Assembly (NCBI GenBank): GCA_965372795.1
Contig: CBDVDR010000011.1
Span: 32,001-96,000 of the forward strand
Source of the DNA: an uncultured bacterium
GTDB taxonomy: Bacteria; Zixibacteria; MSB-5A5; GN15; FEB-12
DNA: 64,000 nucleotides
Direction of reading: 5' to 3'
Positions 31,301-39,847 of this stretch are shown here, one piece after another. A program made the position numbers and the translations under genes. Position 1 is the first letter of the stretch; the number at the start of each line of letters is the position of its first letter. The notes beneath the pieces were generated by a model. It was not told where the DNA came from and ran no database searches. It worked only from the letters and a program-made list of their open reading frames with translations.

Positions 31301-32377
31301 GGCAGTAAATTCTCAATAGCTATTGAGTTAAAAAATCTTGGCACCGCCCAGGCAACTTCAGGATTTTTTGAGTTGAATACTTTTGGAACTGACCTTGGAC
31401 GGGAATACCAACCACTTGGTGAGATTGCTGTAAACGAATATATAATTTTCAACTTTACCGCTCCAATGTTTGATACAACTTTTGAAATAGAATTTTCTTT
31501 AACCGAAATACCTATTGATGTAAACACAAATCATCCCGCACAAATAAATAAAACTAAGCTGAATTTTACCTTTACAGTCAAATCACTTGACGGTTCACTC
31601 TTTGTTGAAGCAAATAAAATTGGCACTAATCTTTTAATCCCGGACCGGGTTAAAGAGATGTTCCAGATCGGTTTCACTAATCAGGGTCATCAGGATCAAT
31701 CAAGAATAGATGTAAATTCACTTGAGGTATACTTTACTGATCAAAATAATTTACCGCTTAACATTGAAGATAAAATTGCTCTTGAAGAGACCGGTTTTTA
31801 TGACGGAAATATCCTGATTTCGACGGCGGAAATATCAGACAATCGGATTACTTTTACATTAAATAATTTTTCGATAAGTCCATTAGCTACCAACAGTTTA
31901 AAATTCAAATCAAAATTCACCAAAGCGATCAATTCCCCGTTTAATGTGGTGCTTGATTTAAGAACTATCAAAGCTGTTTATGCCGAGGGACCGTTTATCA
32001 ATCAATCTCCTGAGATTAGAACTAGTGGCGATAAGCTTATTCTTGAGATAAAGTATATCTTTAAAGGCAAGACTCTTGAAAATTCAGTAGTTGTTCAAAA
32101 TAATCCATTCGATCCCCGAATTGAGCCTCTGATTTTTACTTATGAATTGACCCTTGTGTCGGCGGTTGAGTATCGAATATTCACGTTGATCGGAGAAGAG
32201 GTTTTCTCTAAAAACGTAGCCTCCGGCCAATCAGGTACTATTGTCGGTGAAAATATTTTTGAATGGAATGGTTTAAATAACAATGGATTGCTGGTTCTGA
32301 ATGGTGTCTATATCGTATCTATAAAAGTTCTTTCTACCGGAGAAGTTGTCCGTACAAAAGTGGCGGTGGTTCGATGA
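28358..32377 (+). CDS. Large secreted Ig-fold repeat protein with C-terminal FlgD-Ig/T9SS-like sorting domain
   Basis: Signal peptide MKFLTISLLAFCLISIQAYA (ATG 28358; ORF track starts 28328); acidic beta-rich body; 229-aa tandem duplication; C-terminal NPFDP...RIFT..GE.V...WNG.N..G..V.NGVYI..KVAVVR. Confidence 0.75.
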   Translation: MKFLTISLLAFCLISIQAYAIEVESGFDDDFVISNLFDNSSSLVTNFEIHQLDNFTIDLSNPNVEESSTYLLQFDISRSDFLKLGNGGFSFLFPPGFDLSNADVTDIQDSVSQHEYSIYSASVFGQLLTVRVLRSKNDESSDESLDFAVTIRLENVINTNIAGQYALYGLAFDKKLRLIAGPTKSNLFEILGSNGLTIELTPSEDLTVQAGDDINFELTGYDLNGNPVDLENVSWLLKPGSDQIGYFDGSTFKTQKVGQGIIQAVYKSEIIESGLITVIPGELAFIELDISHNQVVGYPLQTRAKIYLLDSFGNFKTDYDLLNNPLELSISEGVISPDLVNDNSLLIEGVIDLLPLEIQYEGQSVTVEMYASSNGIQSNNSVVSFNGFEILDVLNSDGTALFRVLPNQSLEINLFASNNGTQIALDKPKLTAFYNSKPDDFVTTLFDGSYGGIIKNIPIILPPHTGDPSEDIITFQISADYSINGKVLNYFTETEIQIFIEEESKPDLSVANLFPTVVSAGTDAAFEFDLLLEESFGEVLEVIQAEFNLSGNSFNSSSELFFINNQILPGNNKVTSGPIFIPPVLSDNELEASVSITYSDSKGKISQFNSHFDDISVLITSETIVEITNLTIISQNSPRVNINQNFTVEATITNKSDVEIVDLEIQLASNGSSIFDGIRLVELSALESKIISFPVTASSVATINETFILSLVSSNVIQSPIQSPSTFIVIDEPAELTLSYSLIGITNNLIEKGKTFSLLVNLTKTGTSEVSDASYKLLIENDFVSDLPLDGLLKVNEQMIFNITVPDFAVTANFDFSLTAIPIETNTSVNASINQESFNFDITVLSDSPEQATVRIRRVIVEAPNAPRINMNQNFEIICLVENLSEFNIADLRLNLSTNGFSILTAEQLVSIPANDSIEVRYQVTAASEMNDNEVFTLEILSTNVNILNPVDNIASVIIEAPVNIELNHNLFNVHNGVVSRGSKFSIAIELKNLGTAQATSGFFELNTFGTDLGREYQPLGEIAVNEYIIFNFTAPMFDTTFEIEFSLTEIPIDVNTNHPAQINKTKLNFTFTVKSLDGSLFVEANKIGTNLLIPDRVKEMFQIGFTNQGHQDQSRIDVNSLEVYFTDQNNLPLNIEDKIALEETGFYDGNILISTAEISDNRITFTLNNFSISPLATNSLKFKSKFTKAINSPFNVVLDLRTIKAVYAEGPFINQSPEIRTSGDKLILEIKYIFKGKTLENSVVVQNNPFDPRIEPLIFTYELTLVSAVEYRIFTLIGEEVFSKNVASGQSGTIVGENIFEWNGLNNNGLLVLNGVYIVSIKVLSTGEVVRTKVAVVR
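30227..31580 (+). repeat. Two ~229-aa tandem repeats (each two CARDB/Ig-like domains) within the large secreted protein
   Basis: PRVNINQNF (30269) vs PRINMNQNF (30956), 687 nt apart; FSLTAIPIETNT vs FSLTEIPIDVNT. Confidence 0.8.
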
Positions 32378-34203
32378 CAAAGTTAACTTTGACTATTTTA
32401 ACTATAATTATTCTGTTTTCAAGTACTTTTGTAAATGCCGGCGATGCCGGGCGTGAGTCGCCATTTATCATTGGTGCCGGAGCAAGAGCACTTGGAATGG
32501 GTGGCGGGTTTACTTCAATTGCAGATGATGCCACCGCGATCTACTATAACCCGGCGGCACTTGCTTCTTTGAATTATCAGGAAGTGTCATTTATGCACTC
32601 GACCTTTTTAGAAGGCACTCAATACAATTATGTTTCCTGGGTATATCCTACAATGAAATTAGGCGGCTTTGGTATTGCAATGATGCGGATTGGTACTGAT
32701 GATATTATCAGAAGAAACAATTTTATCGAAGAAGGCAGCTTTAACTATTCTAATATGCAAATTCTATTGGCATACGGCAGCAAAGTTCACGATAGAATTA
32801 GTCTGGGGATAAATGCTAAAATAGTTCATCAATCTCTGGCGCAGTATTCAGATAACGGCATGGGTTTTGATTTTTCGATCAAAGCCAATTTAAATGATAA
32901 TTTCTCTGCGGGCGTTATTGCCCGTGATTTGATCCCGCCAGAATTAAAAATAAATTCAAGCAATGAATCGGTCCCAATGTCTATAATGGGTGGAATTGCA
33001 TTTCAAAAGTTTTATACCGAAAATAATGTTAATCTTCTGGCATCTTTTGAGTTAGAAAAAATCGAAGACCGCTCAGTTAAAATTCATACTGGCATAGAAA
33101 CTGTATTTAGTAATATCTATTCTTTACGGTTAGGTTACGACCGGGATAATTTTGCCTTTGGTTTAGGATATAAGTACAACCGGCTTAATGTCGACTATAC
33201 TTATAAATTTATTGATTATGTCGAAGACAGCCATCGTTTTTCATTGTCATTTGTTCTTGGACAATCAGTAAAAGATAGGAAAGCTAAAGCTTCTCAAAAA
33301 GATAAAGAGATCGGCTCAAGAATTCTACTGGACGAAAGACAAAAGCAATCCGATTTATTTAAAGAACAGGCTGATTCTTATTATTATAAACTAAAACTTG
33401 ATTCCGCCTTAGCCTTCTATTATCGCGCTTTGGCATTTGATGAAAATAATGAAGAGATAATTGGAAATATAGCAGTTATTGAAAAATCTCTAAAAAATAA
33501 AGAGCGAAGTCAGCAAAAGTTATCTCAGATAGAAATTGAGCAGAACGTCACTCTGAATAATTTCCTTGAGCAGGCTAATAAATTCTATGATAAGAAATTC
33601 TATCTGGCTGCTATGGATATGTTAAATCTTATTTTTGAAATTGCTCCTGATCATGAAAACGCAGCTCAGCTGGAGCTTAAGATTAACAATACAATCCAAA
33701 CTGAAATTTCGGATAATTTTGAAAAATCAAAAAAAGCTGAAAAAGAAAATAATTATGTCATGGCTGTTGAAGCCTACAACCGGATATTACAGCTTGATCC
33801 AACTAATAAAGTTGCCAAAACAGCCCGAGATGCTATGGGGGCAAGGCTTGATGTTGCCCATCAGTTGAATCTTGGAATTAGATTTTATAAAGAAGAGAAT
33901 TTTACTGAAGCATTAAAACGTTTTAAAGCTGTTCTTGGAATTATTCCTAATGAACCGGTAGCCCTGGAATACTTTAAGCGACTTCAAGGACCGGACAAAA
34001 AAACAACGACTCTTGAAGATTTACAAAAAGATAAAGATGCCTGGAAGCTTTATCTTGATGGCTTAAGATTTATGCGCAACAATGAGTATGGCAAAGCGAT
34101 AGAGGCGTGGGAGAAGGTTCTCAAAAAGTACCCGCTGAGTGTAGATACTCGTAACAATATGGAACAGGCAAAACTTCGTCTAAAGTCTGAAAAATCTAAA
34201 TAA
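32374..34203 (+). CDS. PorV/PorQ-like (FadL-fold) outer-membrane barrel fused to C-terminal TPR domain
   Basis: Signal peptide; GAGARALGMGG.F..IADDATAIYYNPA; LRLGY...FGLGY, SHRFSLSF barrel end; then TPRs; ATGA overlap with the upstream gene. Confidence 0.85.
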   Translation: MTKLTLTILTIIILFSSTFVNAGDAGRESPFIIGAGARALGMGGGFTSIADDATAIYYNPAALASLNYQEVSFMHSTFLEGTQYNYVSWVYPTMKLGGFGIAMMRIGTDDIIRRNNFIEEGSFNYSNMQILLAYGSKVHDRISLGINAKIVHQSLAQYSDNGMGFDFSIKANLNDNFSAGVIARDLIPPELKINSSNESVPMSIMGGIAFQKFYTENNVNLLASFELEKIEDRSVKIHTGIETVFSNIYSLRLGYDRDNFAFGLGYKYNRLNVDYTYKFIDYVEDSHRFSLSFVLGQSVKDRKAKASQKDKEIGSRILLDERQKQSDLFKEQADSYYYKLKLDSALAFYYRALAFDENNEEIIGNIAVIEKSLKNKERSQQKLSQIEIEQNVTLNNFLEQANKFYDKKFYLAAMDMLNLIFEIAPDHENAAQLELKINNTIQTEISDNFEKSKKAEKENNYVMAVEAYNRILQLDPTNKVAKTARDAMGARLDVAHQLNLGIRFYKEENFTEALKRFKAVLGIIPNEPVALEYFKRLQGPDKKTTTLEDLQKDKDAWKLYLDGLRFMRNNEYGKAIEAWEKVLKKYPLSVDTRNNMEQAKLRLKSEKSK

Positions 34204-34246
34204 AGTTTTAATAGACGCATCGAAGTTGGCACCATAATATATCATT

Positions 34247-36295
34247 ATGTTTGAACGTCCCGCCAAAGAGATAAATGCCGAATTTATGGCAGAGGAGCGG
34301 TTCCTTGATAGTATTCAAAGAATTGTCAGGGAAAGCTGCGTTATTGCCGGATTAAGTAAGAAGATTACTTCCACCGTCCAGCTTGCTATCGAAGAAGGTG
34401 CCACCAATATAATCCGCCACGCCTATCTCTATAAAAAGGGAACGATCAGACTTCGAATCGTTATTTATAAAAAACAGATTGTCTTTTCTTTAATTGATAC
34501 CGGAAAATCGTTTAATCCCGAAGGAACCTCGAGCCTTAATCTCGAACGGCTGGTAGAAACCGGACGAAAGGGAGGCTTAGGTTTCTACATGATCAAGAAG
34601 ATCATGGATTCAGTTGAATATATATCGGTTGGCGGATATAACGAACTTCGGATGATAAAAAGGATTACATCCGTTACCACACATACGAGACCAATATTAA
34701 GACGCTTATTCTCATTGAGAGTTAAATTCTCATTCTGGACATCATTTGTAATGGCTTTAATAATCGGAGGTTCATTTTATTTTATAAGCCTCAGAACTTA
34801 TGATAGAATTAATGCCCACCTTCATGATACCGTAAAGACTCTCACCGAAACGATCGCCTATCAGTCTTCAGGTTTAATTCTTAACCAGCGAAGCGGGGTT
34901 GAATTTGATCAGATGATGGTAAGTTTCCTGAGGGCAAGCTCTGAATTCAGGCAGGTTGTGCTAACTGACGCCAGAGGATTGATTCTTGCAAACTCTGAAG
35001 ATGTCAGTAACATTAGAGAACAGTACATTGCTCCGACAGCTTATGAAGTTGGCAAATATGCATCTTTTATTGAGAATAATGAAAAGATGTATTTCCTTTC
35101 AATCAAGATTTTATCTGGTAGTCAAGTTTTTGGAAATGTTAATGTGGTTTATTCAGATGAAAATATATCATCTAAAATTGAAAATGCTCAGCAGGAAGTT
35201 ATCTTTTTAATGTTGTTCTTGAGCATGGTCGGCATCGTAGCAATATACTTTTTATCAAACTATTTTGTGACTCCAATTGCAAGGATAACACATCGGGTAA
35301 AAAGATTTACTTCGGGAGAACTTGAAACAGAAATGCCGCTAGAGCGAGCCGAAGAATTCTTTGAAATTTCAAAAGCGTTTAATCAGATGATGACCCGTTT
35401 GAGTCGGGATCAGAAAAATATAATTTCCAGAGAAAAACTTGCCAAGGAAATTGAAGTAGCCTCTCAAATACAGAAAACTTTACTACCGGGAAAACTTCCG
35501 GAAATTGAAAATCTTCAGGTAGATGCTTTTTACAGGGCAGCTTCTTTAATCGGAGGAGACCTTTATGATGTTATTGAAGTTATGCCAGGGAGGTACTGTC
35601 TGGTAATTGCCGATGTCTCCGGCAAAGGTGTGCCGGCATCAATGGTGATGTCTATGCTTCGTACGATAATAAGGATTTATTCTTCAGAGGCTAAATCATC
35701 AAAAGAAATTCTTGTCAGAGTAAATTATTATCTCGAAGAAAATATTCCACCAGGTATGTTTGTAACGGTTATGCTGATTATCTATGACTCAAAATCAAAA
35801 AAAATAAATCTTGTCTCAGCCGGGCATAATCCTCTGTTATATTTTAATGCGGAGGCTGGTGAAGTTATAAAAATTAATCCATCTGGGATGCCTCTTGGAA
35901 TTTCATCAACGCTCAATTCTACTTTTGAAGACAAACTTGAAGAAGTCTCTATGACAGTTAAAGACAACGATCTGTTATTTTTGTATACCGATGGGATTAC
36001 TGAAGCGAAGGATACTTCAGGCAATGTTTACGGTATGGAGAAACTAAATGAATTTATCAGTTCACTGGCAACTTCAAATCCAATATTAACGGTCCAGGAG
36101 ATGACTAAAAAAATAAGTCAGGAACTTGATCAATTTGCCGGATATGAAGAACAAAATGATGATATTACTTTTGTCATTGCAAGACATGGGATACCTGCTA
36201 AAATCAAAAATGTCCCTTTAGAAGGTAAAAATCACGTAAAATTAGAGACAAAAGAACTTAAGGTCAAAAATAATACAACTAAGAAAGAATCATAA
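34247..36295 (+). CDS. Bifunctional RsbW-like Ser kinase - TM/periplasmic sensor - HAMP - SpoIIE/RsbU PP2C phosphatase
   Basis: N: LAIEEGATNIIRHAY, D.GKSF, GGLGFYMIKKIMD; two TM helices; HAMP (PI..I..V.RF..G.L...EEF.EI.KAFNQM); C: GGDLYD, ADVSGKG, AGH.P, YTDGITEA, DDIT. Confidence 0.9.
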   Translation: MFERPAKEINAEFMAEERFLDSIQRIVRESCVIAGLSKKITSTVQLAIEEGATNIIRHAYLYKKGTIRLRIVIYKKQIVFSLIDTGKSFNPEGTSSLNLERLVETGRKGGLGFYMIKKIMDSVEYISVGGYNELRMIKRITSVTTHTRPILRRLFSLRVKFSFWTSFVMALIIGGSFYFISLRTYDRINAHLHDTVKTLTETIAYQSSGLILNQRSGVEFDQMMVSFLRASSEFRQVVLTDARGLILANSEDVSNIREQYIAPTAYEVGKYASFIENNEKMYFLSIKILSGSQVFGNVNVVYSDENISSKIENAQQEVIFLMLFLSMVGIVAIYFLSNYFVTPIARITHRVKRFTSGELETEMPLERAEEFFEISKAFNQMMTRLSRDQKNIISREKLAKEIEVASQIQKTLLPGKLPEIENLQVDAFYRAASLIGGDLYDVIEVMPGRYCLVIADVSGKGVPASMVMSMLRTIIRIYSSEAKSSKEILVRVNYYLEENIPPGMFVTVMLIIYDSKSKKINLVSAGHNPLLYFNAEAGEVIKINPSGMPLGISSTLNSTFEDKLEEVSMTVKDNDLLFLYTDGITEAKDTSGNVYGMEKLNEFISSLATSNPILTVQEMTKKISQELDQFAGYEEQNDDITFVIARHGIPAKIKNVPLEGKNHVKLETKELKVKNNTTKKES

Positions 36296-36358
36296 TAATC
36301 TCTTGCCATTTGCCGATTATATAATAAACTTAGCTTTTTATGGAATGTTTGATAAATA

Positions 36359-37039
36359 ATGGATAACACGATTAACATATCTTTACAGGAACGGGAAAAT
36401 GACAACATCTCTTCGATTAGAATTGATGGTGTTATAGATGCGATCACAGCCGGGGAACTTGAGCGTGTTATTCACTCCTTGATGAATAGAAATCGTTACC
36501 ACATCATTATCGATCTTGCAGGAGTAGATTATATATCTTCGGCAGGATGGGGAATATTTATTTCTCACATCAAGGAGGTTCGTACCAATAGTGGCGATAT
36601 AAAACTGGTAAATTTGATAGACAATGTCTATGAAATTTATGAGTTGCTCGAGTTTGAAAATGTTTTAAAAGCGTATGACTCGCTTGAAGAGGCACGAAAA
36701 GATTTTGGTGAGTCAGTAGAACCGCTAAAAAAAAAAGATAAAAATTCCAAAGTCTCAGTCATAGATAACGTTGGTACGGATTCATTTAATTATTCTCAAA
36801 ACAGACAAAATAATATTTCCAATTCACCGAATATGGCAGATATTGATCCAATTTCATATGTCCTTGCTCAAATAAAACAGGATCCGTTTATTACAATTTC
36901 AGAAATTAAACATGATTTTAATAAAAAAAGCCCCAGCGATCATATTGGCTGGTGGCAAATTTTCGCAATCTTAAAAAGGCATAAACTGCTTTCCAAACGA
37001 GCCCGTTTTCGGTTTGCCCGTCAATATTATAGATCCTAA
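36359..37039 (+). CDS. STAS anti-anti-sigma factor with C-terminal HTH-like extension
   Basis: G.IDA.T, IDLAGVDYISSAG (phospho-Ser site), then low-complexity linker and helical domain (IKQDPFITISEIK...IGWWQIFAILKRHKL). Confidence 0.85.
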   Translation: MDNTINISLQERENDNISSIRIDGVIDAITAGELERVIHSLMNRNRYHIIIDLAGVDYISSAGWGIFISHIKEVRTNSGDIKLVNLIDNVYEIYELLEFENVLKAYDSLEEARKDFGESVEPLKKKDKNSKVSVIDNVGTDSFNYSQNRQNNISNSPNMADIDPISYVLAQIKQDPFITISEIKHDFNKKSPSDHIGWWQIFAILKRHKLLSKRARFRFARQYYRS

Positions 37040-37046
37040 TTATCAC

Positions 37047-37076
37047 TTGACACTTTCGACCCAAATCCTATATTAT
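37047..37076 (+). promoter_or_regulatory. sigma70-type promoter for diguanylate cyclase
   Basis: TTGACA(37047-37052) with TATATT (16 bp) or TATTAT (18 bp) -10 candidates. Confidence 0.6.
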
Positions 37077-37097
37077 AATTAAACTTAGGTAAAGTTA

Positions 37098-38729
37098 ATG
37101 TCTTCAATTGAATCAATAATCACAATATTGGCAGGCATTGTCGCCATATTGTCTATATCTTTAATTTATTATATCTATAGGGATAAAACACGCTACAAAG
37201 CTGTTAAAAAACTCGATACTATAGAGTTTTCAACATTTTTGCGAACAAACAGCCTTGATGGTTCAATTCAGCAAGTTGCTGGAAAAGTAGGCGATTTGTT
37301 AAAATCTTCCTTCGAATGCGATAAAATAATCTTTCTTCGCAAAAAAAGAGGAGTACTTGAGCTAAATTATTATCATGGAATTAATCGATTTGAACGGCGT
37401 GATTTTACAACTAAATATTCTCGTGAGTTAGACGGCATTTTAAGAACAGATTTTTTACCTCAGAAAATAGAACGTATCAAGGATATTTTTCCATCTTTGA
37501 TTTTTGATCGCATCAAGGAATATGGAATTGATCTTTATTTTCCAGTATATTGGCGAGAAAATTTGTATGGAATTTATTTTTTTAAAAGTAATCTGAAAAC
37601 ATCCGATCCTTCATTTAATATTTTGATCTCTTCTTTAGCCCAGTCATTATCAGCTGCCTATCATGTCAAATGGCATGAAATGAAACACAATGAATTGCTC
37701 GAAAAATATGAAAAAATTGAAAATGCAAATTCTGTCAGTTCTGATCCTCTAACGGCAACTTATAATGAGCTAATGAAACTTACTAAAGAGAAAGATTCAG
37801 AACGTCTGGTTAAAAGAGTCGCTGAATATCTTTATCAGAGTCTGGGGATGAACAGAATTGCATTTATCTATGAATCAAAACAAGACAATAGAACCGAAAT
37901 GCTAATTAAAGGTGAGAGTAAAAGTTCACTTAAAATTCCCGGAAGAGATTCGTTCAGTAATATTTTAAATGCCTTGGATTCAAAAAAAACAGTAACTCTT
38001 GATGAATTACTTGATAAAAATATATCGTTGGTACATTGGATTACCGATTTGATAGATTTGGGCATGAAATATATAACACCTTTTCCTATTTCACCGAGTC
38101 GTCAAGGATTTGTTGCCTGGCGTGGCGAACCGTTTAGTGTTATTGATCATCAACTTTCCTTTATAAAAAAACATATTTCTGATCTGATAGAGAATGCCGA
38201 GAGTTTTGAACAAATGGAAGATTTATCATATACCGATGGATTGACTGGATTGTCAAATCAGAGATATTTTAAAAAACGTCTGGATGAAGAAATTAGTCGC
38301 TGTCACCGTTATAATCGTAAGTTGGCTTTAATATTTTTTGATTTGGATGCTTTAAAGCAAACTAATGATAAATATGGACACTTAGCCGGTGATGACCTTC
38401 TTTATCAGGTTGGTCAAATTTTAAAGACATCAATCCGCTCAATTGATGTAATTGCCCGTTATGGGGGCGATGAATTCTGTGTTATAATGCCAGAATCAGA
38501 TGAAAAAAACTGTACTCAATTTATGGAAAGAATTCGCTCAAAAGTTACTAATTCCGAATTTGCCGCTGAAGGGGTTGACGGATTCATAAAATGTACTATT
38601 TCTCTTGGTGCGGCAGTTTACCCGAATCATGCCAAAGAGGCTAAAAAGTTGATTTATGCGGCTGACATGGCTTTGTTAAAAGCTAAAGAACAAGGCCGTG
38701 ATAAATTCCTTATTCATAATCAGTCTTAA
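37098..38729 (+). CDS. Membrane-anchored diguanylate cyclase (degenerate GAF-like domains + GGDEF)
   Basis: N-terminal TM; YTDGLTGL.N.RYF, D.D..K..ND.YGH..GD, RSID I-site and RYGGDEF active site intact. Confidence 0.93.
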   Translation: MSSIESIITILAGIVAILSISLIYYIYRDKTRYKAVKKLDTIEFSTFLRTNSLDGSIQQVAGKVGDLLKSSFECDKIIFLRKKRGVLELNYYHGINRFERRDFTTKYSRELDGILRTDFLPQKIERIKDIFPSLIFDRIKEYGIDLYFPVYWRENLYGIYFFKSNLKTSDPSFNILISSLAQSLSAAYHVKWHEMKHNELLEKYEKIENANSVSSDPLTATYNELMKLTKEKDSERLVKRVAEYLYQSLGMNRIAFIYESKQDNRTEMLIKGESKSSLKIPGRDSFSNILNALDSKKTVTLDELLDKNISLVHWITDLIDLGMKYITPFPISPSRQGFVAWRGEPFSVIDHQLSFIKKHISDLIENAESFEQMEDLSYTDGLTGLSNQRYFKKRLDEEISRCHRYNRKLALIFFDLDALKQTNDKYGHLAGDDLLYQVGQILKTSIRSIDVIARYGGDEFCVIMPESDEKNCTQFMERIRSKVTNSEFAAEGVDGFIKCTISLGAAVYPNHAKEAKKLIYAADMALLKAKEQGRDKFLIHNQS

Positions 38730-38863
38730 CCCTCTAAAAATTAGTGATTTAGCTGTTTTTTTTATACTTTACAGAAGTATTTTCTTAACCTATATTTTTA
38801 CGCCTAAATTGTAATTAAAATATACCGATTTGGATAATAAATAACTATCAAGGAAGATATCGA

Positions 38864-39829
38864 ATGAAATCTTATAGATGTATAATATTATTATTGTTCT
38901 TGGGACTTATTTTATCTCCGGCTGTTACAAAAGCAGAGTACAAAATTGGTCCGGAAGATGTTCTTGATATAAGTTTTTGGCAAAAAGATGATCTAAATAC
39001 TACTGTTCGTGTTAGTAAAAGCGGTAAAATTACACTTGATGTAATCGGTGAAATTGTTGCGGCTGGAAAGTCTACAAAAGAGCTTCAGGAAGAAATCGCA
39101 AGAGAAATATCCCGTTTAAATAAAAATGTCACTCAGGCTGTCGTCAGAATCAGTATCTATAATTATCAGTTTGTATTTGTATCCGGCCAGGTTATTGAAC
39201 CGGGTAAAATTACATTTGAAGAAATTCCTGATCTTTGGACAATCATCAATGAAGCCGGTGGTATTAACGAAAATGGAGACCTTTCAAGAGTCACAATAAT
39301 TCGTGGTGGGGATGGAGCTGGGGAAGTCATAACAGTTAATGTATCCGATGCTATTGCCAAAGGTGAAATCAACAAACTGCCTAAAATTAGGCGACAGGAT
39401 ACAATCGAAATCTCTCGTACTCCTTCAGGTATATATTCTGGAGATTTATCAAAACAAATCAACAGAAAAAACGTTTTGTATGCTATCGGAGCTGTGAATA
39501 CTCCGGGGCTTCTGACTTTTGAGGAAAATGTTGATATCCTTGAGGCATTAACAATGGCTGGTGGTCCGTCATCAGATGCGGACCTTTCGAAAGTAATAGT
39601 AATAACCAGAGATGGGTATTATGCTCAGACCTATCTAATTGATTTGAATAAATATGCTGAAACCGGAGCGATTCCCCGGTATATAATGCAAAGAGAGGAT
39701 GCTTTGATTATTCCTCAAAAATCAACGGGTGGATTATTTGGGATTGATTGGATAACACTTGGAACAATGGCGGGAGTTGTAACCTCAGGAATCTTGATAT
39801 ACAATCAAGTTTTTTCAAATGATGAGTAA
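38864..39829 (+). CDS. wza: Polysaccharide export protein (Wza/OPX family, SLBB domains)
   Basis: YKIGPEDVL.I..W...DL, G.I...IGE..AAGK, two SLBB (GQV.EPG, GAV.TPG, AGG); C-terminal hydrophobic helix. Confidence 0.85.
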   Translation: MKSYRCIILLLFLGLILSPAVTKAEYKIGPEDVLDISFWQKDDLNTTVRVSKSGKITLDVIGEIVAAGKSTKELQEEIAREISRLNKNVTQAVVRISIYNYQFVFVSGQVIEPGKITFEEIPDLWTIINEAGGINENGDLSRVTIIRGGDGAGEVITVNVSDAIAKGEINKLPKIRRQDTIEISRTPSGIYSGDLSKQINRKNVLYAIGAVNTPGLLTFEENVDILEALTMAGGPSSDADLSKVIVITRDGYYAQTYLIDLNKYAETGAIPRYIMQREDALIIPQKSTGGLFGIDWITLGTMAGVVTSGILIYNQVFSNDE

Positions 39830-39847
39830 TTTTAAGATAGAATAAAT

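Noticed and set aside
36293..36330. GCCGATTA before the STAS gene as a sigma28 promoter
   Set aside because: The -35 would be TAAT; a weak sigma70 reading (TTGCCA-N16-TAAACT) fits equally; ambiguous
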